A DNA stretch of 64,000 bases from Mobula hypostoma (lineage: Eukaryota). The notes beneath the pieces are model-generated. The model saw only the letters and a list, made by a program, of their open reading frames with translations. It was not told where the DNA came from and did not search any database. The stretch lies in contig NC_086109.1 of assembly GCF_963921235.1 (NCBI RefSeq), positions 10,170,001 to 10,234,000 of the forward strand. The letters run 5' to 3'. The position numbers and the translations under genes were made by a program. This document shows positions 47,227-58,836 of this stretch, piece by piece; positions within the stretch are counted from its first letter, which is position 1; every line of letters starts with the position of its first letter.

Positions 47227-48599
47227 GAGACTGCGGATGCTGGATTCAGTAGCATCAAACAAAACTGTTGGGGATCAGTCCTGATGACGGGTCTCGGCCC
47301 AAAACATTGACTGTTTATTCCTCTCCATAGATGCTACCTGGCCTGCTGAGTTCCTCCAGCATTTTGTGTTGCTCTGGTTTTCCAGCATCTGCAGAATCCT
47401 GTGCATTTAAGAACCAGAGGTTCTTCCACGACTGGACAGGAACCAAATACCTCAGTTAGTGCAGTCGTGTACCACCCCGGGGGGGGGGGGTCACATGACT
47501 GCCTACAGTGCTACTGTTTTACTAATCAGACAGAACACCACTAAATGCCTTTACTATTAATCTCTGACCAAAACATCGACTGCTTTTCATTTTCATAGAT
47601 GCTGCCTGATCTGCTGAGTTCCTCCAGCATTTTGTGTGTTTTGCTCTGGATTTCCAGCATCGGCCGGATTTGTTGTGTTCACGAAAAGGCGTTGCACATT
47701 TTATTATTGTAAATATTTTTATAATGAATAAAGCCTATTTTGGTTAAGAAAGGAATGCTCAGTCAACAATCGCTATCCCAGCTCCCATGTGCACGGCATT
47801 TCGACTCCCCTACCTATTTCCATACTGACCCATTCATTCTCCGACATCCCTACTGACAGGGTGAAGCCTAACTCAAACTGCAGGGACAACACCTCATAGT
47901 CTATCAATTTTCCTCCCCTATCTCTCTTTCCCTCCTAACTTCTGATCTTCCATTTTTATCCCCTCTCTCCCCACCTCCATATTTCTCTCTCTCTATCCCT
48001 CCCTCCCTCTCTCTCCCCCCTCCCCCTCTCCATTTCTGGTTTTGCCTGCCATACACATCTCTCCTCATGTTTGCCACTATCTTCTCCTTTGTATGATCAG
48101 AGTCCAGTGCTTATATCCCTGTGTCCCTGCTCATCTCCCTCCAGCAGATGTCTCTCCCTGCCCCACCTCATTCCATCAGCCTCTTGTTGTTTGCCTCTTT
48201 TTCCTTTACTTGCCTCCATGGAAGATGTGTAGAACATGGAAATTTGGGCATACAGCACAGTACAGGCCCTTTGACCAACAATGTTGACCTTTTAACCTAC
48301 TGCAAAATCTATCTAACCCTTCCCTCCTACATAGCCCTCCATTTATCAATCATCCATGTTCCTATCTAAGAGTCTCTTAAATGTCTTTAATGTATCTCTC
48401 TCTGCCTCTACCCTTGCCAATACATTCCTTGCACCCACCACTCTCTGTGTAAAAAAAAAATGACTGACACTCCCCCTGTAATTTCCATTGGTCACCTTAA
48501 AATTATCTCCCATTATATTAGCCATTTCTATCCTGGGGAAAAAGTATCTGGCTGTCCACTTATCATCTTATATACCCCTATCAAGTTACCCCTCCATTC

Positions 48600-49560
48600 C
48601 CTGTTCCCATTCTGGCGTATCGACCCATGGCCTCCCACTTTGCCACAATGTGGCCACTCCAATGGTGAAGGAGCAACACCTCATTTTCCGACAAGGTAGC
48701 CTCCAACCTGATGGCATGAATATCAATTTCTACTTCCTGTAAACTTCCGCTAATGCCCCCATTGACTTCTCAAACTTCCGATAATGCCCCATCTCCCCCT
48801 CGTACCCCATCCATTATTTATTTATTTATATACACACATTCTTTCTCTCTCTCTCCTTTTTCTCCCTCTGTCCCCCTCGCTATACCCCTGGCCCATCCTC
48901 TGGGTTTTCCCCCCCTCCCACTTTTCTCACTCCCTGGGCCTCCTGTCCCATGATCCTCTCGTATCCCTTTTGCCAATCACCTGCCCAGCTCTTGGCTCCA
49001 TCCCTCCCCCTCCTGTCTTCTCCCCCTCCCCCTCCCACTTTCAAATCTCTTACTAACTCTTCCTTCAGTTAGTCTTGACGAAGGGTCTCGGCCCGAAACG
49101 TCGACTGTACCTCTTCCTAGAGATGCTGCCTGGCCTGCTGCGTTCACCAGCAACTTTGATGTGTGTTGCTTGAAATTCCAGCACCTGCAGAATTCCTCGT
49201 GCTCTCCTTCCTGTAACTTTTTTCCCTACCCCTTCCCTCTACTTCTATTCCACACTCTGGCCTCTCGCCTCTTCTCCTCAACTACCTATCACCTCCCCCG
49301 GTGCCCCTCTTTCTTCCTTTTCCCCTATGTTCCCCTCTGCTCTCCTCTCAGACTCCTTCCTCTCCAGCCCTTGACCTTTCCCACCCACCTGGCCTCACCG
49401 ATCACCTTCCAGCTAGCCTCCTTCCCTCTTCCCCCACCATCCTTTTTATTCCTTCAGTCCTGCTGAAGGGTCTCGGCCTGAAATGTCGCCTGCACTCATT
49501 TCCACTGATGCTGCCTGGCCTGCTGAGTTCCTCCAGCATTCTGAGCATGTAGCTCTCAAC
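48600..49560 (+). mobile_element. Tandem Penelope 3' ends with two hammerhead variants
   Basis: KEQHLIFRQGSLQPDGMNINF ORF end. UTR nearly identical to 23740-24190. Motifs at 49071-49106 (TTGACGA) and 49456-49491 (CTGCTGA). Confidence 0.85.
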
Positions 49561-50579
49561 CTCCGTCACTCCAAAAGGAAAAGCCCTCGCTTGCTCAGCC
49601 TACCTTCATAAAACATGCTCTATAATCCAGGCAGCATCCTGGTAAATCTCCTCTGTAAATCCACCCATTATCCACCTTCCTCCCTCCCCTACCCGGGACT
49701 ACTGGCATCCCCTCCTCAGTCTACTAATCACCTCAGTTTCCAGTCTCACCAGTCCCCCTTTCCCAACAGGCCCTTCCCCCCCACAGATGCTGCTTGATCC
49801 ACTGAGTTCCCACAGCAGATTTTGGCTCCAGGTTCCGGCAACAACAGCCTCTTCCTGTTTCTATCCTTGGAACTGTTGTTGAGGGGGGTAGTAGGGAGAA
49901 GTTAAATATCAAATTTGCTCATAAGGGGGGATGGTTAGTGGCAGTGGGTGAAAGAGACACAAAGACGCTGCAGAAGCTGGAACCTGGAGTTACAAACAAA
50001 TGGCTGTAGAAGTCATCGGACCAGGCAGTATCCGTGAAAGTAGAGGGGATGGTCACTGTTTCATTCCGAGACACTGCATCAGGACTGAGTGGAGTGGGGG
50101 CATGTGGCCTGGTGAGACACGGACTTGGAGTTGATAAACGTCAACTGTTTATTCCCCTGCATAGAAACTGCCTGACCTGCTGAGTTCCTCTAGCATTTTA
50201 TGCGTGTGTTTCCCAGGATTTCCAGCATCTGCAGAACCTCTTCTGTTTGTATTTGAATCCACTTCCTCTGTGGTGACTTTTTCCCCCTTTCTCTATCTAT
50301 CTATTTTTGTCCTCCTCCCCTCCCGGTCCTGTTCAAGCACCACAGACCTAGTTCACCACAGGGTTCCCTGTCCTCTGCCCCTCAACTTCCTGGTGACGCA
50401 TGGAAAACCTCATTAATGTCCTCCAAGGAAGGAAATCTGAAACATTGTGCAGCCTGGCTTAAACGTGATTCCTGACTTGTGACCCCAGACTTATCTGGTT
50501 TAGTTTCTATATAACGTCAGAGGTGAGTAAAGCACGGTAGGGTAACACTGTTAATATACCAGCTGCCTGACTTTAATCC

Positions 50580-51000
50580 GCACAAAATGCTGGAGGAACT
50601 CAGCCAGCCAGGCAGCACCTATGGCAAAAAATACAGTCGACATTTCTGGCCGAGACACTTCAGCAGGACGGGAGAAAAAAAGATGAGGAGTAGATTTAAA
50701 AGGTGGGTGGAGGGAAGACAGAAACACAAGGTGAAAGGTGGAACCTGGAGGGGAAGGGATGAATTAAAGAGCTGGGAAGTTGATTGGTGAAAGAGCTACA
50801 GGGCTGGAGAAGGGGGAGTCTGACAGGAGAGAACAGCAGGCCATGGAAGAAAGAAAAGGTGGGGGGGAGCACTAAAGAGAGGCAATGGGCAGGCAAGGAG
50901 ATAAGGTGAAAGGGGGACTGGGGAATGGTGAAGGAGAGGGCGAGAGGAATCAATGTTCATGCTATTGGAACATCAATTTCTCAAACTTCCAGTAATGGCC
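50580..51000 (-). mobile_element. Penelope 3' UTR/pLTR copy, antisense
   Basis: TGCTGGAGGAACTCAGC...CAGTCGACATTTCTGGCCGAGACACTTCAGCAGGAC followed by the purine-rich complement of the UTR. Confidence 0.75.
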
Positions 51001-52341
51001 CCTCCCATGGATCTCAAGTTGGGAAACCCTGCTCTAAATAAAGTTAACTGAAACACACCTCGGATACAGACCCATCACTGAGCAGCAACATGCTTGTGAT
51101 GTAGCCTTTCTGTACCCTTTCCAGCTTAATGACATGCTCCCTGTTGCTTGGTAACCAGCAATGCACACAGTACACATTGTGGGGGTGGGGGTTAGTGTCA
51201 CAGTTTATAGTGCCAGCAGTCAGGGTTCAATTCTCAGCACGGTCGGTTTAATATCAGAGAATGTATATGTGATACAGCCTGAAATTCTTACCCTTCACAG
51301 ACATCCATGAAGCAGAAGAAAATCTCCAAAAATGAATGATAGAAAAATGGTAGAATCCCAAAGCCCCCCTCCCACCTCCACACACAAGCACAAGTAAAGA
51401 CATTAAACCTCCCCCTCCCCTTCCCCCAGCCCCTGCACCACCCGCCATGCAAGGAATAGCAAAACTCCCAAAGAGACCATGACCTAAAGTTCATCAGAAG
51501 CCAGTGTTCACCCCAGCAGTTCAACATGCTTCAGGCCCTCTCTGCCGCTAACGAGGGAGAGAGAGGAATTGAGGGAGAGTGAGGTATGGCTCAAACCACA
51601 GCAAGAGCTCACTGTTTTGATGTTACAGTCTCGAGTGTGGCTTATTTCAACCGCAGCGTTTACTGCTGTCTCGACGTTCCGATCTCCTGCAGTTTCCCCC
51701 GGATGCTCCGGTTTCCTCCCATGTTCCAAAGACGTACGGACTTGGTTCAAGAGTTGTGGGCATGCTACATTGGTGCCTGAAGTCTGCCAACTCCTGCAGG
51801 CTGCCCCCTGGCACACGCTTCAACTGTGTTGGCCATTGGTGCAAACGGCGCGTTTCATTTTGTGTTTCGATATACTGTCCGTGTGACAGTAAGCCAGTCT
51901 TGAGGCTTCCTGTCAAAGAGTTTCTGACAGTCTAGTCAAGGAATTGTCACATGGCCTTCTCCCATGATGCAAGCAGAATGTCCTATGCTTACTTTGGTTC
52001 TGAGCAAGACTCGGTGCAGTGGGCTTAATGCCATAGTGGGTTGGGAAAGCTCTCCAGTTGCACCCTATGAGTCAAATACTGGAAATACTTCAGGAAAGAA
52101 TTGCACATTGCAGAGAAGGATGGTAGGATCTTTTTCCATGGAATATTAGCTCCCTGTGCCAAATAGCTTCTCCTGTATTAATCTACTGCTCTTTAAAAAG
52201 TTTGTGGTGGATAGGATTGTGGTCTTGCTTAGATTAAAGTAATCAAATACTTGAACATAAATTTCAGATCTCAGCCAATGAATATCTGTTTGGTTAATTA
52301 AATGCATATGGAATTTGCAATTGGTTTATAATTGTTACAAG

Positions 52342-52874
52342 CAATGTTCCCTCTAACTTGTAATGACCAGTGGGCACAAAAATCTTGGGCTGTGCAATTT
52401 TTTTGCCCAGTGACAACAACATGTGCGCATGAATTTTTAAGTGAAAGTAAACCGAAGCTGTTCTAAGGATAGTGAACTACCAAGCCCAGTTTGTTGTTCG
52501 TTGCTTAAATGAAATAAAATAAAATAAAACATATCAGTGAATCTTAATGCTCACATAGTATACAACAGCATGTAAGAATACCAGTCTTTTCACGTGTTAT
52601 TAAAGTTGTTTGAAATGGTCAAACAAAACTTATAAAATAACAAAGCTAGTTGACTAAATATCCAGATGTGTATCTTATTTGGAAATCATTACATACAGAA
52701 CTAATTTTGAAGCTTAATTACATAATATACTTAACTGTTTAAAAAAAGGTTGGGGACCCCCGACTTAACATGCCAACGAGGTGGAGGATGACGACTTTTT
52801 TTTGCACAGCTTGAATTCCCTTGTGCACTAGTAACAAAAGCTGTGTGCATGCGCACACCTTAGAGGGAGCATTG
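52342..52874. mobile_element. Non-autonomous hAT-type element
   Basis: TIR CAATGTTCCCTCTAA / TTAGAGGGAGCATTG. 8-bp flanks GTTACAAG/GTCACATG match at 6/8. Confidence 0.8.
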
Positions 52875-53049
52875 GTCACATGTAACAATGCGCAGCGAAA
52901 TGCTTATTTCGCATACCATCCAGAGAGATCATTTCATTGTAACTGAACAGAGGAAGAATAAAGTGTTAGATTTACAGAGAAAATGCAGGAAGCCAATAAG
53001 ATGCAAGGTCAGAACGAGGTAGATTACGAGGTCCAGTGCCCATCTTATT

Positions 53050-53308
53050 TATATATTGAGATACAGCACAGAGCACATCACCTAGCAATCCCCCAGTATA
53101 ATCCTAGCCTAACTATGGGACAATTTACAATTGAGCAATTAACCAACCAACAGGTCTTTGGTACTGTGGGAGCAAACCAGAGCACCTGGAGGAAACCCAC
53201 GTAGTTACGGGGAGAATGTACAAACTCCTTATAGGAAGTGGTGGGAATTGAACTCGGGTGGCCTGTACTGTAAAGCTTTGTGCTAACCATTACACTACCG
53301 TGCCGCCC
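53050..53308 (-). mobile_element. V-SINE/HE1-like SINE
   Basis: Minus strand GGGCGGCACGGTAGTGTAATGGTTAGCAC...GAGTTCAATTCC...GGAGTTTGTACATTCTCCCCG. Confidence 0.78.
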
Positions 53309-53487
53309 TAGTCTTATCATAGAAGGGAACCACATAGATGGGTAGATGCTGGTCTCAAACCTGAAGGTACATTCTTTTAGGCTCATACTTCTTCTACCTG
53401 ATGCAATAGGGAGAAAAGAGAACGTGTAGGATGGGTGGGATCTTTGATTACGTTGTCTGCTGTACCGAGGCAGCAGAAAGTGTAGAC

Positions 53488-53548
53488 CAGGGTTTCCCAA
53501 CCTGGGTCCATGGATCCCATGCTTATTGGTATTGGTTGGGAACCTCTG
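53488..53548. mobile_element. 61-bp hAT/Charlie-like mini-MITE
   Basis: TIR CAGGGTTTCCCAACC / GGTTGGGAACCTCTG. 8-bp TSD GTGTAGAC/CTGTAGAC. Confidence 0.8.
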
Positions 53549-53726
53549 CTGTAGACTGTGCAGATTGTGAGGTCAAGAGTTCATTAACGTACAAGAGGTT
53601 TATTCAAAAGTCTTATAACAGTGGGATAGCAGCCCTCCTTGAGGCTGGTGGTTTCAGGCTTTTGCATCTTCCGCTTGTAAGGAGGTTGAGAAGAGCTAAT
53701 TCCACAGTGGTGGGGCCTTTGATTAT

Positions 53727-53914
53727 TGTTGTTCTTTTTCGCACCTTGTGGCATATCGGGGAGCACTCTTTTGCCGTTTCCTTAGCATTTGTCTGTTTTT
53801 ATGAAGCCGAATTGCTAGCTCGACAGATGGAGAGCATGCTGGGAGCCGGCCAGATTCGAACCAGGGACCATTCACCTTGAAGTCCAGTGCTGATGCCACT
53901 ACACCACTGGCCGA
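53727..53914 (-). mobile_element. tRNA-derived SINE, family B-related, (AAC)n tail
   Basis: A box TGGTGTAGTGG and B box GGTTCGAATCT. Perfect 15-bp TSD GGGGCCTTTGATTAT (53712-53726, 53915-53929). Confidence 0.87.
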
Positions 53915-54719
53915 GGGGCCTTTGATTATGTTGACTGTTTTACTGAGGCAGTGAGAAGTGTAGGCAGAGGCTGGTTTTTGTGATGTACACTTCTCCACAG
54001 TTTCTTGTGGTCATGACAAGAGCAGTTGCTATACTAAGCTGTGATACAATCAGAATGAAATATTGTGGTGGAAGCGAGCACCATTGATCAACGAACTACA
54101 GGGCTGTCGCTAAAGAACAATTTGGTTCAATCACGTCCATCAGACAAAGAGATATTCCATCCTTATCTATCGAGACCCATCAACTGTCAACTGTCAATTG
54201 CTATTTCCTTTTCTCTGTTCCTCCGTCTCATTCTCAGAATGAGGCTTTCCTTTCCGAACATATGAATCAAAGTCAGAATCAAGTTTAACATCACCAGCAT
54301 GTGTCATGAAATTCCTTAACTTTACAGCAGCAGTACAATGAGATACATGAAAACTAAATATAGAGAAAAAAATACTGAATTACAGTAATATATATACATA
54401 TATATCTACTAAATAGTTAAAGATAGTGCAAAAAAAACAGAAACAAAAAAAGTAGTGAGATAGTGTTGATGGGTTCAATGTCAATTTAGAAATTGAATGG
54501 CAGGTTGGAAACAGCTGTTCTTGAATCGCTGAGTGTGTGCCTTCAGGCTTCTGTACCTCCTTCCCGATGGTAACAGTAAGAAGAGGGCAAGTCCTGGATG
54601 ATGAGGGTCCTTTATGATAGATGCCGCCTTCCTAAAGCACCACTCCTTGAAGATGTCTTGGATACTGCTGAGGTTAATACGCAAGATGGTGCTGACTAAT
54701 TTTACAACTTTCTCCTCTT

Positions 54720-55256
54720 ACTTCTTCTCTGACCTTCTCCTTCTTCAAAGAACAAGGTTTCTCTTCCTCTGCCATTAATGCTGCCCTCCCCACACATCTC
54801 CTCCATTTCCTGGGCATCCACCTTTGTCTCATCTTCCCGCGACCATAACAGGGATAGAGTTCCTTACCAACCACCCCACAAACGTCCGCATCCAGCACAT
54901 CATTCTCTATAACATCAGCCTTCTTCAATGCGATTGGACCACAAAACACATCTTTACTTCCCCCACTGTCTGCTTTCTAGAGGGATCGCTCTCTGTATGA
55001 CTTCCTTGTCCACTCATCCCTCCCCACTGATCTCCTTCCTGGCAATTATCCCTGCAAGTGGAACAAGTGCTCCACCTGTCCATTCACCTCCATTCAGGGT
55101 CCCAAACAGTGCCTCCAGGTGAGGCAACACCTCACCTGCAAGTCTGTCGGGGTCATCTACTGTATCCAGTGTTCCTGGTGGAGCCACTGGTACATTGGTG
55201 AGACCTAATGTAGATAGGGGTGGAACGCTTTGTCAAGCACCTTCACTCCATCTGCA
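54720..55256 (+). mobile_element. Penelope-like element ORF fragment (RT C-terminal region to GIY-YIG)
   Basis: Homologous to 42860-43220. VIYCIQCSWWSHWYIGET* near 55152. Confidence 0.83.
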
Positions 55257-55258
55257 AT

Positions 55259-55627
55259 AGACCATAAGACCATAAGATAAAGGAGCAGAAGTCGGCCATT
55301 CGGCCCATCGAGTCTGCTCCGCCATTTTATCATGAGCTGATCCATTCTCCCATTTAGTCCCACTCCCCTGCCTTCTCACCATAACCTTTGATGCCGTGGC
55401 TACTCAGATACCTATCCATCTCTGCCTTAAATACACCTAATGATTTGGCCTCCACTGCTGCCCGTGGCAACAAATTCCATAGATTCACCACCCTCTGACT
55501 AAATAAATTTCTTCACATTTCTGTTCTGAATGGGTGCCCTTCAATCCTTAAGTCAAGCCCTCTCGTACTAGACTCCCCCATCATGGGAAACAACTTTGCC
55601 ACATCCACTCTCTCCATGCCTTTCAAC
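55259..55627 (-). mobile_element. Young CR1 3' fragment with (TTATGGTC)n tail
   Basis: Near-identical to 5548-5915. Confidence 0.9.
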
Positions 55628-57069
55628 AGTCCTGATGAAGGGTTTCGACCTGAAATGCCAACTGATTATCCTTCTCATAGATGCTGCCTGACCTGCTGAG
55701 TTCCTCCAGCGTTTGGTGTGTGTGTTGCTCTGTCAACTGTCAATGTTAACTCCCTACTGAGTTCTGAATTAGGCCAAGAAGAACAGTTGGTATCTGTTCC
55801 TAATGGAACTGGAGTGACTCACTGATGACAAAACTGTTGCATAACACACTCAAAATGTTGGAGGAACTCAGCAAGTCAGGCAGCATCTATAGAGGGGAAA
55901 TAAACAGTCGACATCGCTGGCCGAGACCCTTCATCGGGACTGGATAGGAAAGGGAGAGGGAGGGCATCAGTTATCAGGGAGTAGGGGAGTCCGAGTGGGG
56001 GGGAAAAGAGGAGCAGCAGTTGGCTTGACAGGTATTAGGTGAGTCCAGGTGAAAGGAGTTGGGGGGGGTGGGGAAGGAGCAGCGGCTGGCAGGTAATAAA
56101 TAGGTGAGTCCAGGTGAGGATGGTGAGGGAGGGGAAATACTCGGTAGATCAGGCAACACTGTGGAGAAAGAAGCTGAAATATCATGGCACCGTAACGTTA
56201 GAAAATGAACTTGAATTAAGATGCAAAGCAGGGGGAGGGATGGAACAGGAACAGTTATTACCCTACATTAGGCCCGGACCAGTGCGGTTAACTTCACTCA
56301 CCTCAACACTGAACTGATTCCACAACCTACAGGCTCATTTTCATGGTTTCTGCAACTGATATTTGCAATATTACTTAATTTTTTTTTTGTATTTGCACAG
56401 TTTATATTCTTCTGTTCTTTGATTGTTTGTCAGTCTTTGTGAGTATTTTTTCACTGTATTTCTGTGTTCTACTGTGAATGCCTGCATGAAAACGAATCTC
56501 AGTGTGGCATATGGTGACACCCTCGTACTTTGTTAATAAACTTACTTTGAACTTTGAGAGAATGATAGGGCGGAGAGCAGGAAAGACTTAAAGGCATAGA
56601 TGGTGGTGACGGCTCCTTACATTGCATGCTCTCAACCATCACCTTACTGAGGTTAGGCAGCTGACCAGAGACCTCTGTCCTGGTCTAGTCTTTCAAGTTG
56701 TCTCAGGTGTAGCCCATTACTGCACTTGATGTCTAAAAATCTTCATCTCCCAGGGATGAGGTCTTTGGAACTTCGGTTGATGATCCTGTAGCTCTGGGCT
56801 TTAATGGGATGAGGTTGCTAGCCCCTTGCCCAACCCTCCTTCTTTCGTAGCTCCAGGGTGGAGTTTTACATCGCAGTAGTAATGTTAAATTTCTTTTTGT
56901 TGTCGGGGTTAATGAAGTCAAGGAGGGAACAGAGATATGGCCAGTAGGGGTTTCAGGAAATCTGAAATAAAGAACGTTGTGTGCCAGAGTTAATTTATCT
57001 TTCATTGCTCAGATTCAGATTCATTTATTTACCACAAGCATGTTGAAGCATCCAGTAAAGTCTGTTGTT

Positions 57070-57320
57070 GGCACTACGGTAGAGTAGTGGTTAGCGTGAT
57101 ACCACTGCAGAGCGGGACATCGGAGTTCCGAGCTCAATCCCTTGCGCCCTCTGCGAGGAGTTTGTGCATTCTCCCCTTGACCGCATGGGTTTCCTCCCAC
57201 AGTCCAAAGATTGTACCGGTTAGTAGGTTAATTGGTCATTTTCAATTGTCCTGTGATTAGGTCAGGGTTAAATAGGCAGGCTGCTGGGCAGTATGGAACC
57301 ACTGTATCTCCAAATAAAAA
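57070..57320 (+). mobile_element. V-SINE/HE1-like SINE
   Basis: CGGTAGAGTAGTGGTTAGCG head and GGAGTTTGTGCATTCTCCCC...TTCCTCCCACAGTCCAAAGA core. Confidence 0.75.
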
Positions 57321-58603
57321 TAAATTTTGCCTTTAGCTAAACCTGAAGCCAATTACAAGTGTGCATCAAAATAAATTAATTTCACTTGAAACAAATTGAA
57401 GAGCTACAGGGGGAAGTTCCCCATCAGAATACAATTGAAATCTGGAAGCGGACTTGCCTTGTTAAGAGTGGAGTCTTCTGTGTGTTACCTGATCATCTCC
57501 ATGTGCAAACATTTCCATTGATCATGATACTGTCTTGCATCATGTCTGTATTTTCAGCCAATAATTTAGCTAACAGAATATAATGGTAGGAAGTGGGCTT
57601 CTAGGTCATATAATCATCAGTTCCAACTACTGCAATCGGCTGTCTGGTTGAATTAAGCTCCTAAATTCAGCTCAGAAACATTGGAAACTGTTCACGTAAC
57701 CTGTCCTTAAGTTACAGATGGTCCATCAAGTCTACGTATGAAATGTGATGTTATTTATCTCTGCTTGGCTGCTTGCGTCACTCTAATTCTCTGCCATAGT
57801 CTCACTCCAGGTCCCTCACTCTCCTTCTCGTCTTCCCTCCTTCAATCTCCTCCACCTTCTCATCCCTCCCTGTACTTCAATTCCCTTCTCTCCCTCATTC
57901 TTTCACTCTTCCTTCCTGTCCCTCAGCAGGTCGGGCAGCGTCTATGGAGATATCCATAGATAGTGCAGAGGTAACCATAGATGTTGTTAGGGCATTCTTT
58001 GCACATATTAAAAAACAACTTCAGCAACTAACTTCATCCACCAATTTTCAAATCTGAATATAGACTGTAGGTTAAATTTAAAATGCAGCTCTGAACAATA
58101 AGTTCCTAAGAACTGTGAACCACAGTTAATTGGAAGACCAGATAATGCTGATTTAAATTCATTCGGGTACCTGTAATGTGGGTGCAAAGAGGGAAGTGTA
58201 AAGGTGGTGGATAGTTCAAAGGAAGCATTGTGGATGCATTGTAAATATGGAATTGTCCTTTGATCTTTAGCACATAAAGTGCCATGTAGTGTTGGGTCAA
58301 GCAGACCTCTTCTTCGGAAAGGGGTCGCAATATGATGCCTGCTATGTCTTATTTTGTCGAATAAAGTGACTGCTTCATATCTACCAGTACTTCTCTGCGG
58401 TGACTTTGTTCTCACGACAACAGATGCTGCCTGACCTACTGAATTCCTCTAGCATTTCGTGCGTGTTGCTCTGGATGTCCAGTATTTGCTGATCCTCTTG
58501 CATTTATGACCTCTAGCCTCGCCCAACCCAAGGAGAAAAAGCCTGCATGTATCCAACTGTCTATGTCCCTCATAATTGTGTATTCCTTTTTGTTTCCTTG
58601 CAG

Positions 58604-58836
58604 TGTTTCCAAATGTGTTTTCCTCACGCTTTGTGCACCATGAGATAGTTGCAAACTATAGTCACCTGTTCACTGTCATTGGCTCCAATGACTCTCTCCA
58701 GCCGTACATCCTGACCGCCCACCTGGATGTGGTCCCTGCAGTAGGAGAAGAATGGGAGGTCCCACCATTCTCTGCGGAGCAGCGCAATGGCTACTTGTAT
58801 GGACGGGGCACTTTGGACGACAAGCTATCTGTCATG
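58604..58836 (+). CDS. PM20D1: PM20D1 second coding exon (233 nt; carries the first metal ligands)
   Basis: Polypyrimidine tract + CAG acceptor (58601-58603) and donor ATG|GTACTG. Encodes FPNVFSSRFVHHEIVANYSHLFTVIGSNDSLQPYILTAHLDVVPA..WEVPPFS..GYLYGRGTLDDKLSVM, with the M20 HxDVVP and GRGxxDDK motifs. Confidence 0.96.
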
